Shown: positions 29,434-38,322, numbered from the stretch's first letter. The stretch: DNA of 64,000 nt from Oscillatoria acuminata PCC 6304 (GCF_000317105.1 NC_019693.1:3839227-3903226); one strand, 5' to 3'. Notes: a model not told the origin generated them from the sequence alone. Numbers and translations are program-made.

Positions 29434-29786
29434 CCCAATATTTTTTTCAGGGCATTATTCAATTCATCCGGTTTAGGCGGCTTATTAATTACTGCCTTTG
29501 CTCCCAATTCAAAACAGTGTTGACGGGAGGTTTCTTGAATATCGGCTGTAATGACAATCACGGGAATCTGGTAGTTGTTCTCCTTTAAAAAGGTTAGAAC
29601 ATCCCATCCGTCAAATTCCGGCATTAATAAATCTAATAAAATACAATCCGGCACTTCTTCATCTAACAGACCGATCGCCTCCCGCCCATTGGAGGCTTCT
29701 CGGGTAATGTATCCCTGTTTCTGTAAGGATTTACAGATAACCCGACGGGTAAATTGTGCATCATCTACAATCAAAATTAACGGCAT
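29409..29786 (-). CDS. CheY-like response regulator receiver protein
   Basis: 'LILIVDDAQFTRRVICKSL...CILLDLLMPEFDGWDVL' shows receiver-domain Asp pocket and phospho-acceptor context. Confidence 0.85.
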   Translation of the reverse strand: MPLILIVDDAQFTRRVICKSLQKQGYITREASNGREAIGLLDEEVPDCILLDLLMPEFDGWDVLTFLKENNYQIPVIVITADIQETSRQHCFELGAKAVINKPPKPDELNNALKKILGCTEENAR

Positions 29787-30417
29787 CGTTCTATTGTTTA
29801 CACCAGAGTAACGGCAAGGTTTATCTCCTTTTTTGAGGTCCTTTTTGAATACAAGGTACGAAACATGGGTGGGTTGAGACGATCCCGCCTACGAGCATCG
29901 ATCACATCCATTAGAGTAGCGCAATCGTCAGGCGATCGCGTTCCTCAGCCTGAGACTGATCAAGTGCTACATCTGCCGCTTGAATCACCTCGAATTGCCT
30001 AGGGACTGCTTCGGAATCCATTGCTCTATTCCCTCCGTCAATCAGACGGGTAATCATCGGAATCATAAAGCATCCGTTCAGTCCCATAAAGACAACTGGC
30101 TTTGTCTAGCAATAGCTTCACCAATTAGCAACACATTAGGAACACAAGCCCCGTTTCAGGTCCTACTGATTTAATCCTGTATTGATGCCCTAGAATTGGG
30201 GTGGCGACGGATACAAAGCTCTGGGCTCATCCGGTCAATCCTTCACCCATAGGGACCCCTGATTGCTTCTAGGCCAACCCCAGCCTGAAATGAAAGAATT
30301 AGCACCTCGATTTTTCGGATTCCTACCCGATTCAATTCTTTCTGCGGGGAACTGATTTGACTATCATGGCAGAAAAGCGCAAAGAAAAATTTATAGTTTG
30401 ATTAAGGCTGGGGTCTG

Positions 30418-30978
30418 GTGCTAATTATTTGTCCGGGAATTCACGATCAGAAGCTGACACAGAGTTTTGTCTCGACTTTGCTGCCGAACCGACTCTCGTC
30501 GGACCCAACTCCCCCGGTTTGGATTCTCCCCCCTCGCGATCGCCCCTATTTTCCCCTAGAAATCTTGCAGTTTTTGCACCAAAGCGGGGCGATCGACTTA
30601 AATAAACCCGCATCCACTGAACCCCTCATCTGGATCGGATTTAGCGCGGGAGTCGTCGGTGCGATCGGGGCCGCCTGGGGGTTATATTCTCTTCAATGTC
30701 CCATTAAAGCCTTCATTGCCATTGATGGTTGGGGGGTCCCTCTATTTGCGCCCTTTCCCATCCACCGAGTCAGTCACGATTATTTTACTCACTGGAGTTC
30801 CGCCCTCTTGGGACCGGGAAGCGAGAGTTTCTATGCCGATCCCCCGGTGGAACACTTGGCATTGTGGCGATCGCCTCAGTTGGCAGTCGGTTGGAGCATT
30901 CCCCCTGACGGTTCTATCTTGCCACCCCAGCGGACTACAGCGGTTGAATTTTTAAGGGGGGCGATCGCGGGACGGTGA
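30418..30978 (+). CDS. Hypothetical small alpha/beta-hydrolase-like protein
   Basis: G-x-S-x-G nucleophile elbow 'GFSAG'; otherwise unassigned. Confidence 0.3.
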   Translation: MLIICPGIHDQKLTQSFVSTLLPNRLSSDPTPPVWILPPRDRPYFPLEILQFLHQSGAIDLNKPASTEPLIWIGFSAGVVGAIGAAWGLYSLQCPIKAFIAIDGWGVPLFAPFPIHRVSHDYFTHWSSALLGPGSESFYADPPVEHLALWRSPQLAVGWSIPPDGSILPPQRTTAVEFLRGAIAGR

Positions 30979-31232
30979 ACCCAGAGGAATCAGGAAGAAA
31001 GAGCGTTGCACGAAAAAGGCGATCGCCGGCTGTCAAAAATACGAGATAATAGCCACAGTCAAGAACCAACCGAGGACCGGACTCCTAGTGCAACGCTCCA
31101 GGAAGGGAGTAATACAGTTTTTTTGTATGTAAATTTATATTACCCCGAAAAACCATAAACCAAAAGAGTAATTATTTATGAATATAATAGATTTGAGTCT
31201 ATATTAAAGGGTTATTCTGAGGAGAAAGGCCA

Positions 31233-32168
31233 TTGAAGCAGTCAACCCTACACCAGCTTAGAGTCTTTGAAGCCGTAGCTCGTCATAAGAGCTTTACTCG
31301 TGCTGCTGAAGAACTATTTTTAACGCAACCCTCGGTTTCGATGCAAGTGAAACAGTTGGCGAAGTCCGTGGGAATGCCATTGTTTGAACAAGTCGGGAAA
31401 CGGCTCTATTTGACAGAAGCCGGGGAAGAGTTGTTAGGGACTTGTCGAGATATTTTCGATCGCCTCTCCCAATTTGAAATGACGGTGGCGGATCTACAAG
31501 GTCTCAAACAGGGACAATTAAAACTGAGCGTGATTACCACAGCCAAATATGTGATTCCCCGCTTACTCGGGCCATTTTGTCAACGCTATCCGGGAATTGA
31601 CGTCTCCCTCAAGGTGACGAACCATGAAGGATTGCAGGAACGGCTCAATGACAATCTTGATGATCTGTATATTTTAAGCCAACCTCCGGTGACTCCGGAT
31701 GTCTCCTGTCATGAGTTTCTGGACAATCCTCTGGTGGTGTTAGCACCGATGAATCATCCCTTAGCATCCCAGAAAAATATCCCCATTGAACGATTGAATG
31801 GGGAACCCTTTATCATGCGTGAACCGGGTTCGGGGACGAGGCAAGCGGTGCAAAAAATGTTTGAAGACCGGGGGGTGGCGGTGAAGGTGCGCCTGGATTT
31901 GGGGAGTAATGAAGCGATCAAACAGGCGATCGCTGGAGGATTAGGAATTTCCGTGCTCTCTCGTCACGTTTTGACCCTGGATGGTTGGCAAAATCAACTG
32001 ACGATTCTGGATGTGGAGGGTTTTCCCATTCCGCGACAGTGGTATGCCATTTATCCCAGTGGTAAACAACTTTCCGTGGTGGCGCAGGCCTTTTTTGAAT
32101 ATCTTTTGAATGAAGGCAAGCAGGCGATCGAGAATTCGACGAGATTTGCCCAACAGCAGTTGGAATGA
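31233..32168 (+). CDS. rbcR: LysR-type transcriptional regulator RbcR (Ycf30/CbbR homolog)
   Basis: N-terminal HTH 'LHQLRVFEAVARHKSFTRAAEELFLTQPSVSMQVKQL ... LFEQVGKRLYLTEAGEEL' is near-identical in pattern to cyanobacterial RbcR/Ycf30; LysR substrate-binding domain follows. Confidence 0.85.
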   Translation: MKQSTLHQLRVFEAVARHKSFTRAAEELFLTQPSVSMQVKQLAKSVGMPLFEQVGKRLYLTEAGEELLGTCRDIFDRLSQFEMTVADLQGLKQGQLKLSVITTAKYVIPRLLGPFCQRYPGIDVSLKVTNHEGLQERLNDNLDDLYILSQPPVTPDVSCHEFLDNPLVVLAPMNHPLASQKNIPIERLNGEPFIMREPGSGTRQAVQKMFEDRGVAVKVRLDLGSNEAIKQAIAGGLGISVLSRHVLTLDGWQNQLTILDVEGFPIPRQWYAIYPSGKQLSVVAQAFFEYLLNEGKQAIENSTRFAQQQLE

Positions 32169-32183
32169 ATCTCCCGGTGACGT

Positions 32184-32228
32184 AAAATCCGGCGAACCCA
32201 TAACAGGGCGATCGCCGGATTTTTTTTG
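32184..32228. terminator. Bidirectional intrinsic terminator between rbcR and the convergent VOC-like gene
   Basis: AAAATCCGGCG ... CGCCGGATTTTTTTT: 8-11-bp stem with A/T arms, 18-nt loop, T8 run; lies between two convergent stops. Confidence 0.6.
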
Positions 32229-32231
32229 ACC

Positions 32232-32834
32232 TTAATTTGAAACCTCAGTCATCTCAATCACCCGCCCTTGGCGGTCTTTCACCAAGAAATTTAGGGGCTT
32301 TTCTCGCCGGATTTTGTACTTGACTCCGCTCATCTGCACCCGCAATAGCAACTGTTCGAGACAGTCATGGTCAAACCCAACATGGCGTTGTCGGTTCTTG
32401 CTGCCTAAACTCGCCCCAGAAATAACGTGCAGTTGAGTATTTTTCTGTAATTGATACCAGAGTCCATCCGGTCCGGTCATGGTTTGAGTTGCCGTGGACC
32501 CCATTGGGGAGGACATATAAAGAGGGTCGATCCCCGTGCCGCCGAGGGTTTGCTCGTAGTTATAGTAATAATGTAAGGGGACTTCCGCCGCCGGCAATTC
32601 CAGCAGCCCTTCATAAAGCTGTCGGGCAGTCTCCAAATCTGAAACCATGATGGTGTAAACTTTCGGGGCGCTGGTGAGGAACATCCACATCGCCACGCCA
32701 TAGGCGGCGAGTAGCATCACCATAATCCCCTGGGTAGAAAAGAGGCTATCCAGAGGTAGGGATGGCAGCAACGAGCTTAATGTGGGAGGAACGCTAACAA
32801 TTAGAGCCATGTACTTTTCAATAGGGTAAACCAA
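32232..32834 (-). CDS. Membrane-anchored VOC (glyoxalase-like) family protein
   Basis: N-terminal TM helices; C-terminal 'HVGFDHD...GVKY...FLVKDRQGRVIEM' beta-alpha-beta-beta-beta glyoxalase-like pattern. Confidence 0.4.
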   Translation of the reverse strand: MVYPIEKYMALIVSVPPTLSSLLPSLPLDSLFSTQGIMVMLLAAYGVAMWMFLTSAPKVYTIMVSDLETARQLYEGLLELPAAEVPLHYYYNYEQTLGGTGIDPLYMSSPMGSTATQTMTGPDGLWYQLQKNTQLHVISGASLGSKNRQRHVGFDHDCLEQLLLRVQMSGVKYKIRREKPLNFLVKDRQGRVIEMTEVSN

Positions 32835-32929
32835 GGTTTAGATCGAGCGATCGCTTGCACAGTCGGGGTGGTGACCCCCTTCATTCTAGGTCAATCTGAT
32901 TGTAATTAACTTCTGGGGAGTTTGAGGGG

Positions 32930-34290
32930 CTCTAAGTCCCGCGCTGTACCGGAACGGTCAGCGTCGGGATACATGGACCCCTCAAGTCAGTTGAAGGGTT
33001 CGATACCCTGAAAATTGACAATCAGTGCAATTGTCGTGTTATGATATTATCGCAAATTGTTTCTACGGTAATGCTAAGAGCAACGAAGTACAGAATTTAC
33101 CCAACCACCGAGCAAAGGCAACATCTTGCTCAGAGTTTTGGTTGCTGTAGATTCGCATGGAACTACGCTCTCAACCTGACAAACGAAACCTACAAAGCTA
33201 CAGGTAAGGGTCTAGGGCGCTTTGCCATTCAGCAAGAGATAACTAATCTCAAGAAAGAGCATGAATGGATGAAAGAACCCTATTCCCAGTGCTTACAGGT
33301 TGTTGCCCTAAATTTGTCCAGGGCTTTTATCAACTTTTTTGAAGGGAGGGCTTCTTATCCTCAATTCAAATCAAAGCACCGTAACCAATCTATTAGTTAT
33401 CCTCAGAATGTCTCTATCGTAGAAGATGGCATCAAGTTCCCTAAAATGGGGATTGTTCATGCCAGACTGCATAGACCTATTGATGGGGCAATCAGAACAG
33501 TCACGGTGTCAATGAATGCAAAAGGCCAATACTTTGCCGCTGTTCTAGTCGATGATGGGAAAGATATCCCAGAAAAAACGACTGAAGGTAAAGCGGTAGG
33601 TATTGATTTAGGATTGACTCATTTTGCTATAACCTCCGATGGGTCTAAGTTTGATAACCCCCGGTGGTTAGCTAAACATGAGAAAAATCTAAGAGCCAAG
33701 CAGAAGCGGCTATCCAGAAGACCCCAAGGCTCTAACAACCGGAACAAAACCCGTAAACAGGTAGCCGGGGTACATAACAAAATAGCTCGATGCCGGGAAG
33801 ATTTCCACCACAAACTGTCACGCAGGATAGTCAACGAAAACCAAGTCATAGTGGTGGAAAATCTAGCAGTTAGGAACATGGTCAGAAACCACTGTCTCGC
33901 TAAAGCAATCAGTCAGGTGGGATGGGGTCAGTTCTGTACCATGCTGAAGTACAAAGCAGAGCAAGAAGGGAAAGTCTACCTTGAAGTAGACCGCTTCTTT
34001 CCTAGCTCCAAAACCTGCAATGTTTGCCTCAATCAAGTAAGAAGCCTGACCTTGAATGTCAGGACTTGGCAGTGTGAAAAGTGTCAAACGAAGCACGATA
34101 GAGACATCAACGCGGCTAAGAACATAAGAGATGAAGGACTGCGTAAGTTATCCTCGGGAACCGGGGAAGTCGCCTACCGCCCAGGTGTAAGACGAGATAG
34201 TAGAGGACGCAAGAAATCCACTATTTCGCAATCTGCTGGGTAGGAAGCCCGCGCTGTACCGCAAGGTCAGCGTCGGGTAGTTCACTTGTA
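32930..34290 (+). mobile_element. Solo IS200/IS605-family (IS1341-type) element carrying tnpB only
   Basis: The TnpB ORF is flanked by near-identical imperfect subterminal hairpins, 'CCCGCGCTGTACCGGAACGGTCAGCGTCGGG' (32938-32968) and 'CCCGCGCTGTACCGCAAGGTCAGCGTCGGG' (34248-34277). An internal sigma70-like promoter (TTGACA-18-TATGAT) lies just upstream of tnpB. No tnpA is present. Confidence 0.75.
33041..34243 (+). CDS. tnpB: TnpB (IS605 OrfB) RNA-guided endonuclease-family protein
   Basis: N-terminus 'ATKYRIYPTTEQRQHLAQSFGCCRFAWNYAL', RuvC-like motifs, C-terminal zinc finger 'CNVCL...CEKCQTKHDRDINAAKNI'. Confidence 0.9.
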   Translation: MILSQIVSTVMLRATKYRIYPTTEQRQHLAQSFGCCRFAWNYALNLTNETYKATGKGLGRFAIQQEITNLKKEHEWMKEPYSQCLQVVALNLSRAFINFFEGRASYPQFKSKHRNQSISYPQNVSIVEDGIKFPKMGIVHARLHRPIDGAIRTVTVSMNAKGQYFAAVLVDDGKDIPEKTTEGKAVGIDLGLTHFAITSDGSKFDNPRWLAKHEKNLRAKQKRLSRRPQGSNNRNKTRKQVAGVHNKIARCREDFHHKLSRRIVNENQVIVVENLAVRNMVRNHCLAKAISQVGWGQFCTMLKYKAEQEGKVYLEVDRFFPSSKTCNVCLNQVRSLTLNVRTWQCEKCQTKHDRDINAAKNIRDEGLRKLSSGTGEVAYRPGVRRDSRGRKKSTISQSAG

Positions 34291-34463
34291 ACAAAGCGGC
34301 ACAGAACTCATCACCGCATTCTGTTGGACTTCGGTCCCCGACCCGAGAAACCGAGTTTCTGAATCGATATTTCGCTCCTTTACCGACCCATTTTCCTAAA
34401 AACCCGGTTTCTAGGCGTTCGTTCTAATTCTGTTGAGGTTAGGGATGCGAATGGACCGCAACT

Positions 34464-35228
34464 GTGGATATATTACAGACATCCATCGCAGATATCTGGA
34501 GTCGTCCAGGGACTTCAAACCCCTTGTGGGTGATGCAACTTACCAGTTTTCAAAGGAAGTTCGAGCTTATGCAACCGCCTGTTTTTTCTGAATGTCAGCA
34601 CCCCCTGGTGCAGTCTTTGTTTCAAAGAAGCGATCGCGAACTGTTGACCCTGTTTCAGCGCCACCCCGATGAGGGCAAATACTTCACTGCCATCTTTGGG
34701 CGCTATAGTTCCATTGTCTATACCCTGATTCAACATCAAGCTAAATCCCCAGTTCAAGGCGACTATCTCTTTGCCATGACTTGGCGGCATATCTACCACG
34801 AACTCCGGGGACTAGATTTACGCTTTGAGGAAGGCGCTTCCACTCCCTTTACCTTACAAACCTGGCTGATTAATATGACCGCTTGGTGTATCGAACACGC
34901 GGAATTACCCCCAGTCGAATCTATCCATTATTCCTTACAAAATTCCCCGCCTCCGTTATGGTGTTATGTGGAACAAGCCTTAGATTTACTCTCTCCCCTG
35001 TTGCGAATTACAGTATTAATGGCCCAGACTTTTCACTGGAGTGAAACTCGCATTTCGGCCTATCTGCAAGCGGAAGGAGAAACGATCGCCCCGGGAGATG
35101 TTAAGGCATTACTCGAAGAAGGGTATCAACGCTTAGAAACCGCTTTGCCCACGGATATTAGAACCATTTATTTGGAGGCTTTCCCCCTTCATTCTAATTC
35201 CGCCCCCGCTTTACAAAACGCCACCTAA
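34464..35228 (+). CDS. Hypothetical protein (weak resemblance to ECF sigma-factor region 2)
   Basis: 254-aa ORF; segment 'DRELLTLFQRHPDEGKYFTAIFGRYSSIVYTLI' loosely resembles sigma70 region 2; unconfirmed. Confidence 0.3.
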   Translation: MDILQTSIADIWSRPGTSNPLWVMQLTSFQRKFELMQPPVFSECQHPLVQSLFQRSDRELLTLFQRHPDEGKYFTAIFGRYSSIVYTLIQHQAKSPVQGDYLFAMTWRHIYHELRGLDLRFEEGASTPFTLQTWLINMTAWCIEHAELPPVESIHYSLQNSPPPLWCYVEQALDLLSPLLRITVLMAQTFHWSETRISAYLQAEGETIAPGDVKALLEEGYQRLETALPTDIRTIYLEAFPLHSNSAPALQNAT

Positions 35229-35271
35229 TCGGATCAGGACAAGGCATCTGCCTTGTCCTAATCCTGCTGAC

Positions 35272-35943
35272 TTATGCCTCGGGTTCGACTCCTAATGCTC
35301 GTAATTGGGCGGCGAGGGCCTCTGCTCGGTTCCATTCGCGATCGGCCCGTTCCCGTTCCTGTTGCCATGCCTCAAGCAACTCATGGGGCATGAGCAACCG
35401 TTCCCCATTATCCCCGCGATAAAAGGCAATCAGCTTATCTTCTACGGCCAACCGCAACTCTAAGACGGTACTATAATTATCGGCGATCGGCTCATAAACA
35501 AACTCTTTGTTTAAACGATACCCCTGCAACTTTTCCGGTATGCATTCTCCCTTAGGGTCAAATACCCAATATTCCTCAACCTCCAACTGTCCATAAATGA
35601 CTTTCTTAAACTCTAGGTTATAGTCGCGGGTAGCCAAGGAAGTCATCTCAAAAATCACCGAAGGCACGGGCCCTTCTTCCCAAAGTTTATAACTATCCCG
35701 TTCCCCCGGTTCTACATTAAAAATTACCATCACATCCGGGGCAAGGCGGATCTGGGGAAACCCTTCAGAATAGTACATAAACTGCTTTGATAAAACCGTA
35801 ACCTGACGACCGTTTAGGTATTGTCGCAACAGTTCCAAGGTGACAAAAATTGCATAAATATGATCATAAGTTCGGGCCAAAAGGTGCCGGTCTTCGCTGG
35901 GGTAAGTTACCGGATTTTCTTGATGTGGTAAAATTTGAGCCAT
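35272..35943 (-). CDS. Uma2-family (DUF820) endonuclease-like protein, tandem copy 1
   Basis: Uma2 core (PSEDRH/GEPLAESYDH...VIFNVEPG...EVEEYWVFDP) plus C-terminal Arg/Glu-rich coiled-coil tail 'ERERADREWNRAEALAAQLRALGVEPEA'. Confidence 0.8.
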   Translation of the reverse strand: MAQILPHQENPVTYPSEDRHLLARTYDHIYAIFVTLELLRQYLNGRQVTVLSKQFMYYSEGFPQIRLAPDVMVIFNVEPGERDSYKLWEEGPVPSVIFEMTSLATRDYNLEFKKVIYGQLEVEEYWVFDPKGECIPEKLQGYRLNKEFVYEPIADNYSTVLELRLAVEDKLIAFYRGDNGERLLMPHELLEAWQQERERADREWNRAEALAAQLRALGVEPEA

Positions 35944-36150
35944 AGATTTTCGGTGTTTTTATCCTGTTTTCATGGGTATCATTTTAGCCGGTTTCAGACC
36001 ACCTGACTAAGTAACCCATCCCTGAGCAAAAAAGCGCCGGATTTGAAAGCAAACCAACTTTGCTGATGATTGTCTCTAAGACTGTTGATGGGGAAATCAC
36101 AAGTTTTAGCGGAAGGAGCATTTGGGTTGGGAATGCCCAGGGGTGGAGTG

Positions 36151-36822
36151 TTATGCATCCGGATCGATTCCTAATGCTCGTAACTTGGCGGCGAGGGCCT
36201 CTGCTCGGTCCCGTTCGCGATCGGCCCGTTCTCGTTCCTGTTGCAATGCCACACGCATCTCCTCGGGCATCAGTAACCGTTCCCCGGTATCCCCCCGATA
36301 AAAGGCAATCAGCTTACCTTCGACGGTTAACTGTAACCCCAAGGCGGTACTATAATTATCAGCGATCGCCTGATACTCTTTATTGTTCAGGCGATACCCC
36401 TGCAACTGTTCTGATATCCACTCTCCCCTCGGGTCAAATAACCAATATTCCTCAACCCCCAACTGTTCATAGAGGGTTTTCTTATGATCCATGTCCTGAT
36501 TGCGGGTACTCGGTGAAGTCATCTCAAAAATCACCCAAGGCACTTGTCCTTCTTCCCAAACCTTATAATTATCCCGTCCCCCCGGTTCCACATTAAAAAT
36601 CACCATCACATCCGGGGCAACCCGTAGCCGGGGATTCCCTTGGCAATAGTACAGAAACTGGTCTCCTAACACCGTCGCCTGACGACCGATCAGGTATTGT
36701 CGCAACACCTCTAGGGTGACAATAATCGCATAGAGATGATCATAACTTTCTGCCAAAGGTTCACCGTCCTCACTGGGGTAAATAACCGGAGTTAGTTGTT
36801 GAATTCGTAGGGTTGCAGTCAT
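36151..36822 (-). CDS. Uma2-family endonuclease-like protein, tandem copy 2
   Basis: Paralog of copies 1 and 3 with the same C-terminal tail '...ERERADRERDRAEALAAKLRALGIDPDA'. The flanking intergenic DNA is duplicated with copy 3. Confidence 0.8.
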   Translation of the reverse strand: MTATLRIQQLTPVIYPSEDGEPLAESYDHLYAIIVTLEVLRQYLIGRQATVLGDQFLYYCQGNPRLRVAPDVMVIFNVEPGGRDNYKVWEEGQVPWVIFEMTSPSTRNQDMDHKKTLYEQLGVEEYWLFDPRGEWISEQLQGYRLNNKEYQAIADNYSTALGLQLTVEGKLIAFYRGDTGERLLMPEEMRVALQQERERADRERDRAEALAAKLRALGIDPDA

Positions 36823-37026
36823 TGATTTAGGTTGATTTTATGGTATTTTCAGTTTAACAATTTTAGGGGGTTCCAGGCTACCCCAGACTCTCACCCATTC
36901 CTCATAAAAATGCCGGATTTGAAAGCAATCCGGTTTTGCTGATGATTGTCTCTGAGACTGTTGATTGGGAAATAACAAGTTTTAGCGGACTGGACATTTG
37001 GGGTGGGAACGCCCAGGGGTGGAGTG

Positions 37027-37797
37027 TTATGCATCCGGATCGATTCCTAATGCTCGTAACTTGGCGGCGAGGGCCTCTGCTCGGTCCCGTTCCTGTTGCG
37101 CTCGGTCCCGTTCCTGTTGCGATCCTTCCTGTTGCGCCCTTTCTCGTTCCTGTTGCGCCCTTTCTCGTTCCTGTTGCGCCCTTTCTCGTTCCTGTTGCGC
37201 CCTTTCTCGTTCCTGTTGCAATGCCACACGCCACTCCTCGGGCGTCAGTAACCGTTCCCCGGTATCCCCCCGATAAAAGATAATGAGCTTGCCTTCGACG
37301 GTTAACTGTAACCCCAAGGCGGTACTATAATTATCAGCGATCGCCTGATACTCTTTATTGTTCAGGCGATACCCCTGCAACTGTTCCGGTATCCACTCGC
37401 CCCTCGGGTCAAATAACCAATATTCCTCAACCCCCAACTGTTCATAGAAAGCTCTTTTAAACTCCATGTCCTGATTGCGGGTACTCGCTGAAGTCATCTC
37501 AAAAATCACCGAGGGTACTTGTCCTTCTTCCCAAATCTTATAATTATCCCGTCCCCCCGGTTGTACATTAAAAATAACCATCACATCCGGGGTAACTCGC
37601 ATCCGGGGATTCCCTTGGCAATAATACAGAAACTGGTCTCCTAACACCGTCGCCTGACGACCGATCAGGTATTGTCGCAACACCTCTAGGGTGACAAAAA
37701 GCGCATAGAGATGATCATAACTTTCTGCCAAAGGTTCGCCGTCTTCGCTGGGGTAGATAACCGGAGTTTGGGGTTGAATCTCTAGTTTTCCAGTCAT
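37027..37797 (-). CDS. Uma2-family endonuclease-like protein, tandem copy 3 with expanded ERERAQQ repeat tail
   Basis: Same core as copy 2. The C-terminus contains (ERERAQQ)x4 encoded by a 21-bp tandem DNA repeat (37076-37215). Confidence 0.8.
   Translation of the reverse strand: MTGKLEIQPQTPVIYPSEDGEPLAESYDHLYALFVTLEVLRQYLIGRQATVLGDQFLYYCQGNPRMRVTPDVMVIFNVQPGGRDNYKIWEEGQVPSVIFEMTSASTRNQDMEFKRAFYEQLGVEEYWLFDPRGEWIPEQLQGYRLNNKEYQAIADNYSTALGLQLTVEGKLIIFYRGDTGERLLTPEEWRVALQQERERAQQERERAQQERERAQQERERAQQEGSQQERDRAQQERDRAEALAAKLRALGIDPDA
37076..37215. repeat. ~7 tandem copies of a 21-bp unit (CnnTTCyCGTTCCTGTTGCGC) inside Uma2 copy 3
   Basis: Encodes the (ERERAQQ)n tail on the minus strand; in-frame (21 = 7 codons). 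Confidence 0.8.
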
Positions 37798-37871
37798 TGA
37801 TTTCGGTTGATTTTATGGTGTTTTTAGTTTAACAATTTTAGGCAGTTCAAGACTCTCCCCCATTCCTGAAC

Positions 37872-37907
37872 ACACAAAAACGCACGAGTTGAGAGGACTC
37901 GTGCGTT
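37872..37907 (-). terminator. Rho-independent terminator of hli
   Basis: Perfect 11-bp stem AACGCACGAGT/ACTCGTGCGTT, 7-nt loop, followed on the minus strand by TTTTTGTGTG. Confidence 0.6.
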
Positions 37908-37982
37908 GCAAAGGCTTGTCTATGAGAAAGTTGATTTTGAGATATCGAGCTAAAGCTCGTTATTTTATAAATTTTGGAAAAA

Positions 37983-38180
37983 TTAGATTAACCCATTTTT
38001 GGTTAAGACTCCAAAGGCGAGTAATGAAACAAAACCAATCATTGCCAGCCTTCCGTTGAGGCGTTCGGCGTAGGGGGTAAAACCCGTGCGCGGGGTGTCA
38101 TCAACGTACATTTTCGGCTCGATCGCAAAGTTGTTGAGTTTATCGCTTTCGCTAATCACGACTCCCTTTGTTGTGTTCAT
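37983..38180 (-). CDS. hli: High-light-inducible protein (HLIP / small CAB-like protein)
   Basis: 65 aa, single TM with chlorophyll-binding motif 'ERLNGRLAMIGFVSLLAFGVLT'. An HLR1 element lies upstream and an intrinsic terminator downstream. Confidence 0.85.
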   Translation of the reverse strand: MNTTKGVVISESDKLNNFAIEPKMYVDDTPRTGFTPYAERLNGRLAMIGFVSLLAFGVLTKNGLI

Positions 38181-38224
38181 GGTTATTGGCTCCTTTATTA
38201 GTTTTTGTGAACCCCTTGGTTGCT

Positions 38225-38242
38225 TATGTAAATAAATGTAAC
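38225..38242 (-). promoter_or_regulatory. HLR1 (high-light regulatory 1, RpaB-binding) direct repeat upstream of hli
   Basis: Minus-strand sequence GTTACATT-TA-TTTACATA matches (G/T)TTACA(T/A)(T/A)-N2-(G/T)TTACA(T/A)(T/A), about 45-60 nt upstream of the hli start codon. Confidence 0.55.
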
Positions 38243-38322
38243 ACAGATTATGAAGTTTTACAACAATATTGCGTCAATTTATTAAAATTTATTAACTCTT
38301 GTTGACAATTGGCAACTTTTAG

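Noticed and set aside
34464-35228. Calling this ORF an ECF sigma factor.
   Set aside because: Only a ~35-aa stretch loosely resembles region 2. No region 4 HTH is recognisable, so it is kept as hypothetical.
36060-36596. 178-aa plus-strand ORF antisense to Uma2 copy 2 (and the 36936-37283 equivalent for copy 3).
   Set aside because: Antisense to a well-supported Uma2 gene; its composition is Pro/Arg-rich with no motif.
36998-37276. Plus-strand ORF encoding a cysteine-rich repetitive peptide (SRSCCALSRSCC...).
   Set aside because: Artefact of translating the 21-bp tandem repeat in another frame or strand. The repeat lies inside the well-supported minus-strand Uma2 gene.
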